Below are positions 1-12,615 of a DNA stretch of 64,000 nucleotides, one piece after another. Numbering within the stretch: position 1 is the stretch's first letter; each line of letters starts with the position of its first letter. This DNA comes from Felis catus (taxonomy: Eukaryota), in the NCBI RefSeq assembly GCF_018350175.1, contig NC_058382.1:49664001-49728000 (forward strand). The letters run 5' to 3'. Position numbers and translations under genes: made by a program. Under the pieces are notes generated by a model that was not told the origin of the DNA, searched no databases, and saw only the letters and a program-made list of their open reading frames with translations.

Positions 1-4
1 CTCG

Positions 5-5
5 A

Positions 6-65
<60 letters not shown>

Positions 66-66
66 A
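5..66 (+). repeat. (GAAA)n tetranucleotide microsatellite
   Basis: About 15 perfect GAAA units at the window start. Confidence 0.97.
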
Positions 67-1799
67 GTGCAAGGGAATTAGGGCAGCAAGACACTGGAGC
101 CAGGGCCTCTCTCCAGGGCTAGAGGGCCCAGTCCTACCCCCTTCCTTGAAGGGAGACCACCCTTCAGCCCCTTGTTGAGGGGCCTTGAGGACCCAGGGGA
201 AGAGGAGCTTGCCCAGTATCTGTGCTGGAGAATGATCCCTATCACCTCAACCCTACAACTCACTCACCAAGTGTGACTCCAACACTGCCCTTCACCCTTC
301 CAGAAGCCTCCTGCGGGGCACAACTGGCCTCTGGTTCTGGCTGTCCCAATTAGCTACGGGCTCCTAGGAGGTGGGGAAGGGAGTTTTCCAGGCCCAAGAG
401 AAAAGGGTGGTGGGATCTCCTAGAAGCACAATGGATGCCAGGAGGGACCACAGAAACACAGCCCCGGAGCCAGAAGGACCCCACCAAGTTGGTAGCCCCA
501 GCACAGCACAACAGCACCCCAGGGACCAGAGCGCTCCTAATCAGGGAGGGGGTGTGGTGAAACACTTGTGGCACAGACCATGGGGCTGTACCAGGAGACA
601 AAGTTCTGGATCCAATTCTGTGAGAACAAGTACCTGTTCCTCTCTGCCTCAGTCTCCCCATCTGTAGGACAACGGGGAGAGTAGCTGTCTTGGGGGCGTT
701 TCCTGCTCAAGACGCCCTAGGGACGCTGCCCTTACTTCAAACCCTTCTCCGGGCCTGAGGGGATGGTGCCAGCAGCCCACAGCACTCACACCTGGCTCGT
801 GCAAACTGTAATGGCCAGAGGCTCCAGCTCTCCTCCTGGAACCAAGGGTGACAGTCCCAGCAGCACCTGGGGCTGCCCTGCCCGGCTTCCACCGGTTCCC
901 ACTGGGCTCCTTCCTTGCCCAGGGCAAGTGGGTAGAGGGTGCTGGTGCCAGGAGGGTTTGTCCCAGCACCCAGCACACACCTGCTCTTCTAGGCCAGTCG
1001 ACTCTTCCACCCTGGGACATCACATCATCAGCTCTCCACCGGGGAAAGGAAATGGGCACAGGAAGATGTGTCTCCCAGCCCAGAGGGATAAGGAACGTGT
1101 CCAAGCCTGGCTGAAATGGGCACAGAAGTCAACAGCAAACCTGGAGAGTGCCTCCCAGCCTAGACACTCAGGGGAGAGGTGAGGAAAAAGAAACTCCTGT
1201 CCTCAAGACCGATGAGTGGGCTGATGTCCCCAGTCTGGGATCCAAGACCTCAAAATCTCTCCAGGCACTAACCCACCCTCGGTCCTAGAGCACCCTAGCC
1301 CTCAGCAAATCGCAACTTCGAGTCCTCCAAAACCGCTCTGGGCTGTAGCTCTTGCAGCAGTGAGGGGCTGGGAGCCCTGGTTGCGGACACTCGAGTGGCA
1401 GCCCAGTCCCTCCACAAGCTCCACCCTCAAATGCTGGGACCCGGGGTCACGGTGCAGCCATGGACTCCCACCGCCATGATCCGGCTCCTACAGAAGTTTT
1501 TGCAATCCTGGTAGGTAAAGGCCTAGAAGAGCCTGCCCCCAGGCCTGGAATCCGGTGCTGGCAGGCTGGGGGTGAATCATTAACAAACCCAGGATTGGTG
1601 CCCCAGGCGCACCAACACCTCCTCAATCACCACGCACTTGTTCGCTCAACCCCTAGCCTGGGGGCGGGTAGGGGCTGCTCCCCACTCGAAAACAGAGATG
1701 GACCACCATCCCGCTTGCTGGAAATCCACGCCTCCTAGAAGTTCACGATCCAAGGAATCTCGGACCCCTCTTTGTAGCTGAGGAAACTGAGGCTCGGAG

Positions 1800-2600
1800 G
1801 CGTGTCACGCAGGCCCAAGGTCACCCAGCAGGCGGCGGCCGGCAGGGGGAGAACGGGACTCCCGCCAGCAACTTTCCCGGATCCAGGAACTTTCCTGCCG
1901 GCCAGCGGCCCCTGAGTCCCGCCCTTCTAACCGCCCCGTGGGCGCACAGGCTCTGGGATCTTCCGCAGTCCTTGCCTCCCGGCGTTCCCGCCACGGCGGG
2001 AGAGGGGTTTCAGACCTCGGACCCCGGCCCGGTCGCAACCCCGCGGAGACTCCAGCGGCCAGCTGTTCCCAGGACCCGCAGGTCCGGCAGGAAATGCCAC
2101 ACATTTATCTCTTTCTCGCTTGGGACCGAGCCGGGCGTGGGCAGGGCGGTCGCCTGGAAGCCGGTACGCGGACGCCGCCCGGATCTGCGCTCCCGGACCC
2201 GGGGCCGCGTCTGCCGCACTCACCAGGTAGTTCATCGTGTCTGGCCGGCCTGCGGCCCCGCCTCCCCGCAAGGGCGCACACCAAGCTGCCCGCGCCGCGC
2301 GCCCTCGGGGCCCCGAGAGGGCCGCAGCCGTCCGGGTCCCGGTCTGGGTCCGGCCGCCTCAGCCACCACGCCGGCGGCTGCCACCACTGCCCAGAGAAGG
2401 TTCCACCTCGCTCCACCCGCCGCCGCGGTCGCAGCCTCCGCCCCCCGGCGGAGCCCGGCTCCCAGCATGCCCGGCCGTGCGAGCCCATTGGCCACTGTGG
2501 CTTCCCATGCAAATGAGCCGCCCGCCAGCCCGGGGGGCGCGGGCGCGCGCCGCCCAGTGGAACCGCCCCTAACCCCACCCCCACCCCGCACCAGGTCCTA
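1800..2600. promoter_or_regulatory. BCAR1: CpG island / proximal promoter of BCAR1 (MNYL first exon)
   Basis: Very GC- and CpG-rich block around the MNYL exon. It contains a CCAAT box (ATTGG 2487-2491), an octamer ATGCAAAT (2507-2514) and GC boxes. Confidence 0.88.
2224..2235 (-). CDS. BCAR1: BCAR1 (p130Cas) alternative first coding exon, Met-Asn-Tyr-Leu
   Basis: Minus strand reads gacacgATGAACTACCTG|gtgagt: good Kozak (A at -3) and a phase-0 consensus donor. It matches the recalled human MNHL- and rodent MKYL- N-termini that splice to NVLAKALY. Synteny downstream of CFDP1 agrees. Confidence 0.88.
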
Positions 2601-3767
2601 GGCATCCACCCGCTACCAGCCTGAGAGGCTAGCACGGAGGGCATCTCCTTTTCCCCAAATGCATGTCCCCTTCCCTCCAGTAAGAGCGAGAACGCGCCCC
2701 TCCTCAAGGCCTAAGCAAACGCCCCCTCTTTTGGGAAGACTGCTGGGATTACCACCCCCATGCGCTCGCTGCAGCCCCCATGCAGACCCCAATACGCTAG
2801 CCTAACCTCAAGTGGACTTCTGCCTTCACCACGCACCAAACCCGGGGCATTCTGCGCGTGTCCATCCGGCCATCCGACTCAGATCTGAATGTAGAAGTAA
2901 TAGGGAAGGGGCATACCCCAGCTGGCAGAAAACTAATAACGACCACCGCACCAACTCTGGTCAGGCCTATCCTGTTAAGAGCTCCAGGAAATGAAGACAC
3001 GAGGCAGGGAGACAGAGGCCCATAACCTAAGAGCCACAGAGCCACAGAGTCTGTTCTATCAGATGTGCCTGAGGCTCAGTCTACCCAGGGTCAAGGGGCT
3101 CACCATCTCCCACCTTATCCACTGAACTGAACTGAGCATCCCTGAAGCATGCCCCCATGGTCTCCATTCTGCCCTAGGAGCTCTGCTCCCACCCACAATC
3201 CCTCTAACACCTGTGCCCAACAACATGGGGAGAGGGGGAGGTTGCTGGGAATGAGAGGGAAGAAGAACCACCGGAGGGAAATAGTGGAGAGCACCTTGGT
3301 TCTCCTGAGTCCACTCTCCCGAGGTCAGTGACTGTCACCCCACACAGCAGAATCAGGGTGTGCTAGAGTCCCTGAGCATGTCCAGGGTTGCATAATGGTC
3401 TGCAAGGATATGTAGGATAGAACCTGCTCCAGAGTCAGCCAGTTCTGTGCCTCAGTCTCCAGGATCCTTCGCCCTCATCCTAGACCACTTGCTGAGCATA
3501 GGGACACCATCAGGCAGTTCACAGTACCAGGGAAGCAGTGCGGCCAACCTGGCTTTGCTCTGCAGAGACCCCTCAGGCAGGGCCTATAAAGCACATACTA
3601 GCCCAAGATGGATCCACAGCTGCCCCTCCACCAGACACACAGGCCTGACAGCCAGGGCTCAACTGACTGAGCCCCTGGCCAGGTGTGCCACCTCAGCCCT
3701 CTCCCCTCTGTAAAATGAAGGGGGTGGGCTAGGGCCCCTGGAGAACTGGTTAAAAATCAGATTCCTT

Positions 3768-3878
3768 GGGCCTGGCTGGCTCAGTCGGTAAAGTATGCAG
3801 CTCTTGATTTGAGGTTTTGAGTTCAAGACCCACGTTGGGTATAGAGATTACTCTTAAAAATAAAATAAATTTTAAAAA
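3768..3878 (+). mobile_element. Short tRNA-Lys-like carnivore SINE inserted in a MER5-type hAT fragment (about 3735-3960)
   Basis: gggcctggctggctcagtcggtaaag... with A/B boxes and an A-rich tail; degenerate TSD aaaa..gattcct on both sides. Confidence 0.8.
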
Positions 3879-5722
3879 ACTGGATTCCTAGTTCTCCCTG
3901 CTCCAGAAGAACTGAGTGTGGGGGACCTAGACGTCTGCATTTCCTCAAAACTTCACAGGGACCCAGTAGACAGAACTCATGGCCTGGCAGGAGAGGGAAG
4001 TAAGAAGCGGTGGGATTTGTGACCCAGAGTCCTCAATGAGGGAGACTGGCCCCTTGTCATTCTGGAGGAGGAGCTGTCACTTTCCCACAGGAGGAGCCGG
4101 GTGTCAGGGAAACACTACCTAGGGCATACCCTCGTGCTGTTCCCAATGTCTGCCTCAAAGTCAGGCATGGAGCTGTGAGCCTGGGCCCTCCTAAACCCTG
4201 AACCTGTCCTCAGCGCGGCTGGCACCCCAGGTTCCAAGGAAGCAGATCGGAACCAGCTAGGCCATGCATGAGAATCTGTCTGTGCTGGGTGCTCGAGGAG
4301 TCCTTAGGTTTTCCAGGGTCTCCACTGAGGAGAGGGGTGGGGACCAGGCCCCACAGCCAGGCAGAACCCTGCTCGCAGGGCTCCAGGCAGGTCTCTGCAA
4401 GGGTGGGTGGGGACACAAAATGCCTGGCCCTCAACCGGCTGGCCCTACTCCATCCTAGCCGGCCTTGGGAGAAAGGAGGCTGCTGGCTGGGACCTAGGGA
4501 ACAGGAGACCCTCCCGACTCTGGCTCAGGATTAAAGCAGCACTGGGGGCGGGGCTGCTGGTGTGGGCAGGCAGGCGGGGGAGGGGAACCCAGCTCAGGCG
4601 GAGGCATTTCAAAAATTTGCTCCTTTTCCACTTAAACTCCCTCCCACTCCCCAAGCCTGTGCCTCCCAGAATGGCATTTCCGCTTTGTAATCAAGGCCCT
4701 AGGATCTGTGCCCTACAGTGATGGAAGAGGGGGGGATTGAAAGGAGAGAGGAATGCCCCCTCCCAGGCCGGCAGGTAGACGGGTGGGAGAGGGGCACCCC
4801 GGGCAGGCTGCAGCTGGGATGTGTGGGGAAGCAGACCCTTGGGGCCAAGAAGCTCTGACAGTGATATAGCCCCCAGGAGAGCTTCCATGCTGGCCCTGGA
4901 CCAAGAGCTCTATGACTATGTGCTCATTTCACGCCCGCAGAGATCCTGTAAAACAAGCTTTGCAATTAGCCCCATTTTCGTGATGAAGAGGTTGAGACCC
5001 AGTTTACTGCCCTGGCCCCATTCTGTAGACTCCCAGCCACAAAAGGATCACAGCTGATGGCCAGGGAAGGGACAAAGGGGCTGCTAGACAGGTGGTGCTT
5101 CAGGACAGGGCAGGAAGAGAAGGAGGGCACAGGGGCACCAGGGCTCGGAAAGCCAAAGAAGCTGTCGCGCCGGGAGACCCCAAAGGACAAGCAGCTGAGA
5201 CCCAAGCACTCCCCAAACGCAAGTGAGTTCAGAACTGGGGCCCAGCACCTCCACTCCCACAGGCAGTACAGGGGAATGTGGGGGCAGTGATGAGCATGAG
5301 AAGGCGGAGGTGTTGCTGGCTGAGGAGGAGCCCCCACCCCCACCCCAGGCTGGAGGGGGGGTGTCGCCAACTCCTCCCCTTTGAGCCCAGAGTAGCTGGC
5401 TGTGTAGGAAACATGGTGGGACCAGCACATGAGGATGATGGTTCCCATCCGCCCATTAGAGTGTCTACTGGGGTGCAGGCTGCTGCTGATCCCAGACCCT
5501 AAATGGGAGGAAAAGCTTGGGACCCAGCGCTGCTCTCTGGGCTTTTTGCATCTTAATCTTCAGGTCAAGCCCACTGCACAAAGAACTATTCTTGCTTTTG
5601 GCCCAACAATGTCTGTTGCAGCATTTGTAACAGCAAACAAAAGGGGGCATAACCTGAAGGCCCAACTATAGGCGACTGCCTTCTCAATGGGATATTGTGT
5701 AGTTATTAAGATAGCCACTTTC

Positions 5723-5949
5723 CCAGCGCCTGGGTGGCTCAGTCCGTTGAGCCTCCGACTCTCGACTCTGACTCTCGGTTTCAGCTCAGGGCGTGACCTC
5801 ACGTTCAGTGAGTTCGACCCTCACATCGGGCTCTAAGCTAACAGCACGGAGCCTGCTTGGGTTTCTCTCCCCCTCTCTCTGCCCCTCCCCTTGTGCTGTC
5901 TCTGTCTCTCTCAAAATAAGTAAAGAAACTTAAAAAAATTAAAAAAGAC
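5723..5949 (+). mobile_element. Can-SINE (SINEC) inside an old L1 fragment
   Basis: gcgcctgggtggctcagtc head, (CT)n tract and A tail; 15-bp TSD aagatagccactttc at 5708-5722 and 5950-5964. Confidence 0.95.
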
Positions 5950-8900
5950 AAGATAGCCACTTTCAAAGACTGAGAAATCATGCAAGAAAACGCTTATGAC
6001 CAGGTGAATGAAAGCAGCAGACTAAAATGGCCTGCAGAGTGCCACGGCAGGCAGTCGCTTTCCCAGCAGCAGGAGAGGGTGGCGGATGGGTCAGCTGACG
6101 GCAGCTCTGGGAGCGGCAGCAGGAAAGGATTTCCTGAGACCGGAGGTGAGTGCTGCCAGCCCCAGGAACAGGAAGAAATGATGTATCTGGAGGGCCACGG
6201 GGTGTTGACGCCTTCCCCCTGGGCTGGCCACTCACCTTGGCAAGCTCGAACCCAGCCTGTGAGCTGAGGCCTGCCTGTGGATGGGCCAGAAAAGAAGGGA
6301 ATCCGGCTGCATCCAGAACCACTGCCACACACGGCTGGACACCCCGCACACCTGCTGTCACAACTACCACTCCCCAGAGGCCCAGAGAGGGGACATGCTG
6401 TGCCCAGGTCACCCCGCCAGGAAGGGAGCTACATCTGTAACCCACCCCACCCAGCTCCCCAGGCGTGTCCCTAACCCTACGGAGAAGCACCCCAGGGGAC
6501 CCCAGACAGTGCAGAGCACACACTCTTAGGGTGATGTTGCAGTTGTCAGATACAAAGAGCTTTCCCATTTTCCCTGCTCTCTGAGGATGGCGTGACCAGT
6601 GACCAATGGGGCAGTTCATCTGTCATTAATGTGAGCAACCTGACTGTGGGAAGGTGGGCGGGACCAGTCTAGAGCCAGATCTCAGCCTGCCGGCCCCTTC
6701 AGCATGCGCCTGGACTAGCGTCCAGAGACCCAGGTACAGGGTCGAAACCAGGACCCCTGGTAAGCGTGGGGGTGGAACTGCCGGGTGCAAGGACAGAGCC
6801 AGGGGTGAGGGCAGAGGGCTGACTAGCCTCCTAGATCCAGGCCTGGTTCCAGCAATTGCAATGCTCCCACCTTCTCACAGCTCCCTCCCCTATCCCCTCT
6901 GGCTCTTTCAAGGACTGGGAACGGAAGAAACTGCATACTCTCCTAATTCTTTTATTGCTTCTCTAATTTGAAAATTAGAGAGCAGTGGAGGCACCCGCAG
7001 GAAAGTGCCTGCTTCAGAGAGGGGCTCTGCTCACAGCAGGCCCAAGGCTGGAGCAGGATGACAGAGCTGGGCCCTGGGGCGCTTCCCAGAGTCTCTCTGC
7101 CACACCCCAGGGCACTGACCCTGGTGGCCCTTTCTCTTCTGCACCCCTTCCTCCCATCTCCCTCTGAGAACCATCACTCTCCTGGCAGGGGATCCCCCTG
7201 GGTGCTGGCAGGTGGAGGCCCCCATGTGTGCAAGAAGGTCAGGGTCTAGGTGCACTCTGCCCTCCCTGCCGATGCTCACCCCCCTCCCTGTCCCCAACAC
7301 TGCCTGGGGGAGGAATGAGGAAGAGGCCAGCAGAAGAAATGGGGGTAGGAAGAGAGGAGCTTGGTCCTGGCTGGAGGAGGGGGATGAAGACAGGCACAGG
7401 GACAAGTCCCTGTCCTCAGAGAGAAAGCTTAGTGGCTGGTGGCTCCCCGGATCTGGCTGACAGCCTGGGCCAGCAGGGACAGGGGTGTGGTCAAGAAGCC
7501 ACCCGAGCTAGCCATCTGCTCTCGCCTCTCCTCATAGCAACCAGCGCCAGCATCAGGGCAATTGGAGGGGGGTGCCTTCAAATGCCATCTGCCGCCCCCC
7601 CTCACAGCCTACTTCCGCAGGAACACAGGTGCCCACACCCACAGAGAGGCGGAACAGTGTTGCCCAGTCACTTGGTCGGGGTCGGGGGTACAGTGGGGTC
7701 CCAGGAGGGGCAGCAGGGCGAGAGTACAGGAAGGGGCGACGCGGAGAAAGCAGAGCCATGGCAGGCAGCCACCAGGAAAACCGCTGCTTCTCCCTCCGTG
7801 GACAGCACCGTGGGGCCGTCCCACCTGCCCTGCTCCAGCCCACAGAGAAAGGCTCTGGGTGTCCCAGGACACCCAGACCCCAGTCCTCACCCGGCTTGAA
7901 CCCACCCACAAGGATAGGAGCAGAGACTGTTAATGACTCCAGCTGGCATGGGACCCTCCGCCATCACCGGACCTTTCAGAGCCTCGGTTGGCGCATCTGT
8001 GAAGCGTGAGGACACCAGCAGTCCTGCCGGTCACCAGGCCATGAGACTGCACAGTGGACAAAGGCACCCTGGGGTCAGCAGCACCCACCACCTCCCACTA
8101 CACACCAGCGCCACCCATCCTGGCACCGGGAGGCACTTGCTGGGCTGCTCCACTAGGCCCTCCCTACTCTCCCAGCCCCTGCTCAGGTGCCCTGAGCTTC
8201 CGAGCCCCTGGACCGCAAGAGAAACAAAACCTCCTCTGAGAGGCGTGGGCAAAATCTTTCTGGGAAGCCCAGTCGCCCCCAAATCCACCGGCCAACACTG
8301 GCGGGGCGGGGGGGGGGGGGCTGGCCGTGTGGGGAACAGCTGGTTACGGGGCCCATCACTACACATAGCACAGCCAGCGTGCGGGTCATTCCTTCGGCAC
8401 CTGCTCGCCACGAGGACAGAGCTGCTGAGAAACCGTGTCCGTGTCCTTGGGGAACTTGCCCTGCAGGGTGTGTGCGTGGGCCCCCCCCCCACATAAACAC
8501 GTGACCATCTGTGGTGCTGAGAGCCCTCGAGGAGAAGGAGACTGACGGACGGACGGCAGAGTGATGGCAGAGGCTACTTCGTATGAGGTGCCTGCGGCGG
8601 GGGAGGGTCCTCTCTGAGGAGGTGGCCTTTAAGCAGATGTGTGACTCTTCTACGAGGCTCGTGATGTGTTAAAAAAGAACAGTAAAGATTTGTAAAAATA
8701 GCCCAGGCTCGCCAACTCGCTCAGTGTGGAGAATGGAGCAGGAGGTGTTCAGTCCCTGGATGCAGGGAGTGGTTCTCAAGCAACCCCTCCCCCTTCCTTG
8801 AGTGGGGAGGTGTCCAGCGGGGCGCCCCTCAGAGTCGAAGCAGAGCAGCCAGGAGTGTCTGCTTGGTGGGGCATCTTGGGACAAAGAGGAGTGAGGCCCG

Positions 8901-9332
8901 GAATCTGTCCAGACCTGAGGGGGGGAGGGACGACGGCAGCTCTCAGGTAAGGCTCCCTCCCCTCCTACCGCCTACTTTCCTAGAAGCGGCTCCCTACCAG
9001 AACTTCTGGAGTGGACAGGGGCCAGGGGTAAACACAGGTGACTCAAAAAGCTAAGACACTTCACCTCTTGGGCCACCTAGAAAAAGGGAATTCAAACCCC
9101 GGACACCCAGGAGGGCTCAACAGAACGGTGTGTGGTCACACGACTTCCTAAACAAGCCTGTAACTTTGGGGGGACCCAGGATCCGGCAGCACAGACAACG
9201 CTCTGGGTACGCCTCAAGGCACACGTGCTTGGATATCGGGTTTTAGAATATACCGAAACAGGGTAGGACACCGACAACAATGGCAGTGCGTCAGTACTTA
9301 AAAATACACAGCATACAAAGACCAGAGGCAGA

Positions 9333-9531
9333 GTGGCGCCTGGGTGGCTCAGTCGGTTGAGTGTCTGACCCTTGATTTCGGCTCAGGTCATGATCTCACA
9401 GTCGTGGGATCAAGCCCCGTGTTGGGCTCTGCACTGGCAGCATGGAGCCTGCTTGGGGTTCTCTCTCTCTGCCCCTCCCCTGCTTGCGCTCTCTCTTTTT
9501 CTCTCAAAATAAATAAGTAAACATTAAAAAA
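9333..9531 (+). mobile_element. Can-SINE (SINEC)
   Basis: Typical head, CT-rich tract and aaaataaataa tail. Confidence 0.95.
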
Positions 9532-9539
9532 GAGAGAGA

Positions 9540-9930
9540 GACGGATATCCATCAACAAGAGAATGGCTAAGTCCACAATTTCATATTCATAAGTGGAACA
9601 CTACTCAACATCGCAGTGAAAAAAAGAACTCTTGATACATACTGCATGGATGAAAATCTTAAAAGTGTTATGCTGAACGAAAGAAGCCAGACCTCAAAGA
9701 GTGTATCACTGTATGTTTCCACTTATATGAAGCTCAAAAACAGGCTAAACTAAGCCATGATGAGAGGAATCAGAATATTGGCCACCTTATGGGGGTTGGG
9801 GCAGTTGACTATAAGATCTTCTGAGATGATGGAGATATTATCTTGATTTGATTGATGGTTACATGGGGCCTGCATTAGTCAAAACTCATCTAACATCTGT
9901 CCATTTCAATACATATAAAATATTCCTATT
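9540..9930 (+). mobile_element. Old L1M 3'-end fragment
   Basis: Motifs such as atgctgaacgaaagaagccagac and tatgtttccacttatatgaagctcaaaaacagg resemble L1M 3' UTR consensus (recalled). Confidence 0.8.
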
Positions 9931-12364
9931 AGAGTCTCAACTGGTAAAAATAAAACAAACCACAGAGGAAAAAATACATGGGATTAGGAATACCAAAAAT
10001 AAGTATTGCAACCCTAAACCCACCATTGCCTTTTTTGCCCTGGCTGTCAGGAAGCTTAAAGTTATGTATGTCTACCTTCCCCATATATTACATAGTTCTG
10101 GATCTTTTGATGATCCCAGACTATTTGTGTCTTTCACTATAATCGGCTTCCAATCCTTCCTGGACTTGGAAGGATTTAAATAATAAATTTAGATTACTGA
10201 AAAGCCCCCTTAGCCTCTAATCCCCTTTCAAGAAGGGATTAATTTTGGAGCTGCAACTTGTGACCATCAATCCTGCCAGTGCAGGCATCCAACCCACCTC
10301 TACTCCAGTCCCCAACCTCTTCCTAGCCATATCTCTTTTTCTTGAAGAGAGGGAGACAACGGGCCATCAAACAGTGACTAAGAGTAAACCAAAGAAACAA
10401 TGGGGCTTGACCAGGATGCCATCAAGGCAGGCAGCTGTGACAAAAGCCAGAGTCAAAGGCCCGGGACCCAAAGGTGATACCGTGGGCGGAGGGGGCAGAG
10501 CACAGGCACCTAGGAAACACAGTCTCATGGCTGGAGGTGGGAAGTGGGGACTCAGTGGGTGCTATCCTCCCAGCCTTGTGGCCCACTTGCCTTACACACA
10601 GGCTTGAGCCCCCCCTCACGTGCCTCCTTTTTGCAGAAGGGGCCACTCCCTAACCTAGCAGCCTGCTGATCGCACCTGACGACAGGCCTGCAGGGCCCCA
10701 GTGGCTTCCACTGTCTACAACTCTGCACCCGCTCCCGGGGGCACTCAGGGCAGGGCATCCACCTGGCCTGGAGCGTGGTGGGTCAGCTGGTGGTCCTAAT
10801 GAAGGCCACTCAACGTCGGCGGTGAGGACAAGTACTTGGCGATCCAAGGCTCAAGAGGCAGAGGTCCTGTAGGCAGGCTGGGGCAGGAGAGGGTCCGGGG
10901 TCATCCCAAGCTAAGGCCTTGGTAGGAAACACACCAACTATAGACAAAGGGCCAGTGGAGGAAGACTGGGCCACACAGAGCTGATCGCTCCTGCCCGAGC
11001 TGACTGTGCCAGAGCCAGGGGTGGGGCTTGGCCACTGCACCTGCCAGTGGTGGCAGGAGAAAGATCGGAACCTCAACAAAAGTAACTGCCATGTAGGACT
11101 TTTTAGCCTGTTACAAAGAGCTTTCTGGAACCCTGGCCAAGTTCTCACAAAACTCTCAGAGTTCTCAGTGCTGTTAACATCCCGTAACACAGATGAGAAA
11201 ATGGGCACAGAGACGTTCAGTAACTGGCTCAAGGTGCACACAAGCCAGTAGGATTCATTCTAGAGTCCTTGGCCTCAACCCACCACATGCCCTCCCCGTC
11301 CCGAAGCAGCCTCTCTGAAAACCTCCAATCAGCTCCAACCAGGCTTCCAGGACTGTGGCTGAGGCATCAGGCTCTCTGCATGGGGACACGGCCGCCTGTC
11401 CAAGGGGGCTGCTCTGCGCTCCCAGTGCCACACCCTCAGCAGGCAGCCATGGCACATGGGGCAACAAGGCAGAGACAGAGGTGCCAAGCAGGCCTGCGTC
11501 CTACCCTGACGAAGCCTGATAGCAACCAGGGAACCCCAACAATAAACACATGAGTCCCAGAGGGCTTCGCAGGATGGTGCCTGAGCACCTGAGGGTGAGA
11601 AGTGACCTGGTGAGCAAGGCAGCGGCTGGGGATCACTTCCTGCAGAGGGAGGGCCAGGCAGATCCAAGGCCAGGTGGGAGGAGGGGCATGCCAGGTGCTC
11701 TGGAGACTGACCGGAAGACTTTGGACGAGGACCTTGCCTCCTCCCACCGTCCTCTTTTGAGCCTGTTCCACCGGGCCCCGGCTGTCCACAACTTGGCTGC
11801 CCAGGCCAGCGGCGAGCCCAGGGCAGAGCCTCCTGGCTTCCTGGCCAGCTCTCCAATCATGGCGCTGGCTGGGACAGAACCAGCCACCCAGGTTCCTGAG
11901 ATCGCTGGTGGAGGTTCAACCAGGTGCCACGCCTGGTCCAGTGATCTCCATCACCCTCGGCTGGGGCCTCACAGGGCTAAGCCCACCCTGCTGCACAGCC
12001 CTGGGCAAGCTGCCTGACCTCTCTGGGGTGCCAAAGGGGTTATGCAAACTCCCATTTGTAAAACCACAAGCAGAGGGCCAGGCTCTCAGCAGCCTTGGCC
12101 TCTGTGGACAGCTCAACAGGCCACAGCCCCCACAATTAGAGAGGCCGTGCAGGATGATGCTCACTTCCCAGCTTCGGACGCTGCCAGACTTGGTTCCCAC
12201 CCCGACTTTGTCTCTCAGTGGCCACGCGACCCTGGCAAGACACAGGTCCTCCCTGAGCCTGTGAAGAAGCCTTGAGCCCAGCTCCCAGCACACACGTCAG
12301 CACTCCACTCCTTGATAGAGCCTGTCATCCATCAATAAAGGAGCAGAGAGAAAGATAATAATTT

Positions 12365-12615
12365 GGGGGCGCCTGGGTGGCTCAGTCGGCTAAGCGTCCA
12401 ACTTCAGCTCAGGTCATGATCTCACAGTTCATGAGTTCAAGCCCCGAGTCAGGCTCTGTGCTGACAGCTCAGACCCTGGAGCCTGCTTCGGATTCTATGT
12501 CTCCCTCTCTCTCTGCCCCACCCCCAATCGCTCTCTAGCTCTCAAAGATAATAAATAAAACATTAAAAAATAATTAAATTAAATTAAAATGAATAAATAA
12601 AATAAATAAATAAAA
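12365..12615 (+). mobile_element. Can-SINE (SINEC_Fc type)
   Basis: ggggcgcctgggtggctcagtcgg head and long AT-rich tail; flanking repeat aaaggagcagagag. Confidence 0.96.

Noticed and set aside
1938..2707. Overlapping 190-210 aa ORFs in the proximal CpG island
   Set aside because: Pro/Arg/Gly/Ala-rich frames on both strands are expected from stop-codon depletion in GC-rich DNA; no recognisable domain.
3768..3845. tRNA-Lys(CTT)-like genes (also at about 25857, 28046 and 35778)
   Set aside because: They have A-rich tails, TSD-like flanks and a broken acceptor stem, so they are tRNA-derived SINEs, not tRNA genes.
5978..6619. 213-aa minus-strand ORF in the BCAR1 first intron
   Set aside because: Random-like composition, ends in an L1 remnant, and no splice or homology support.
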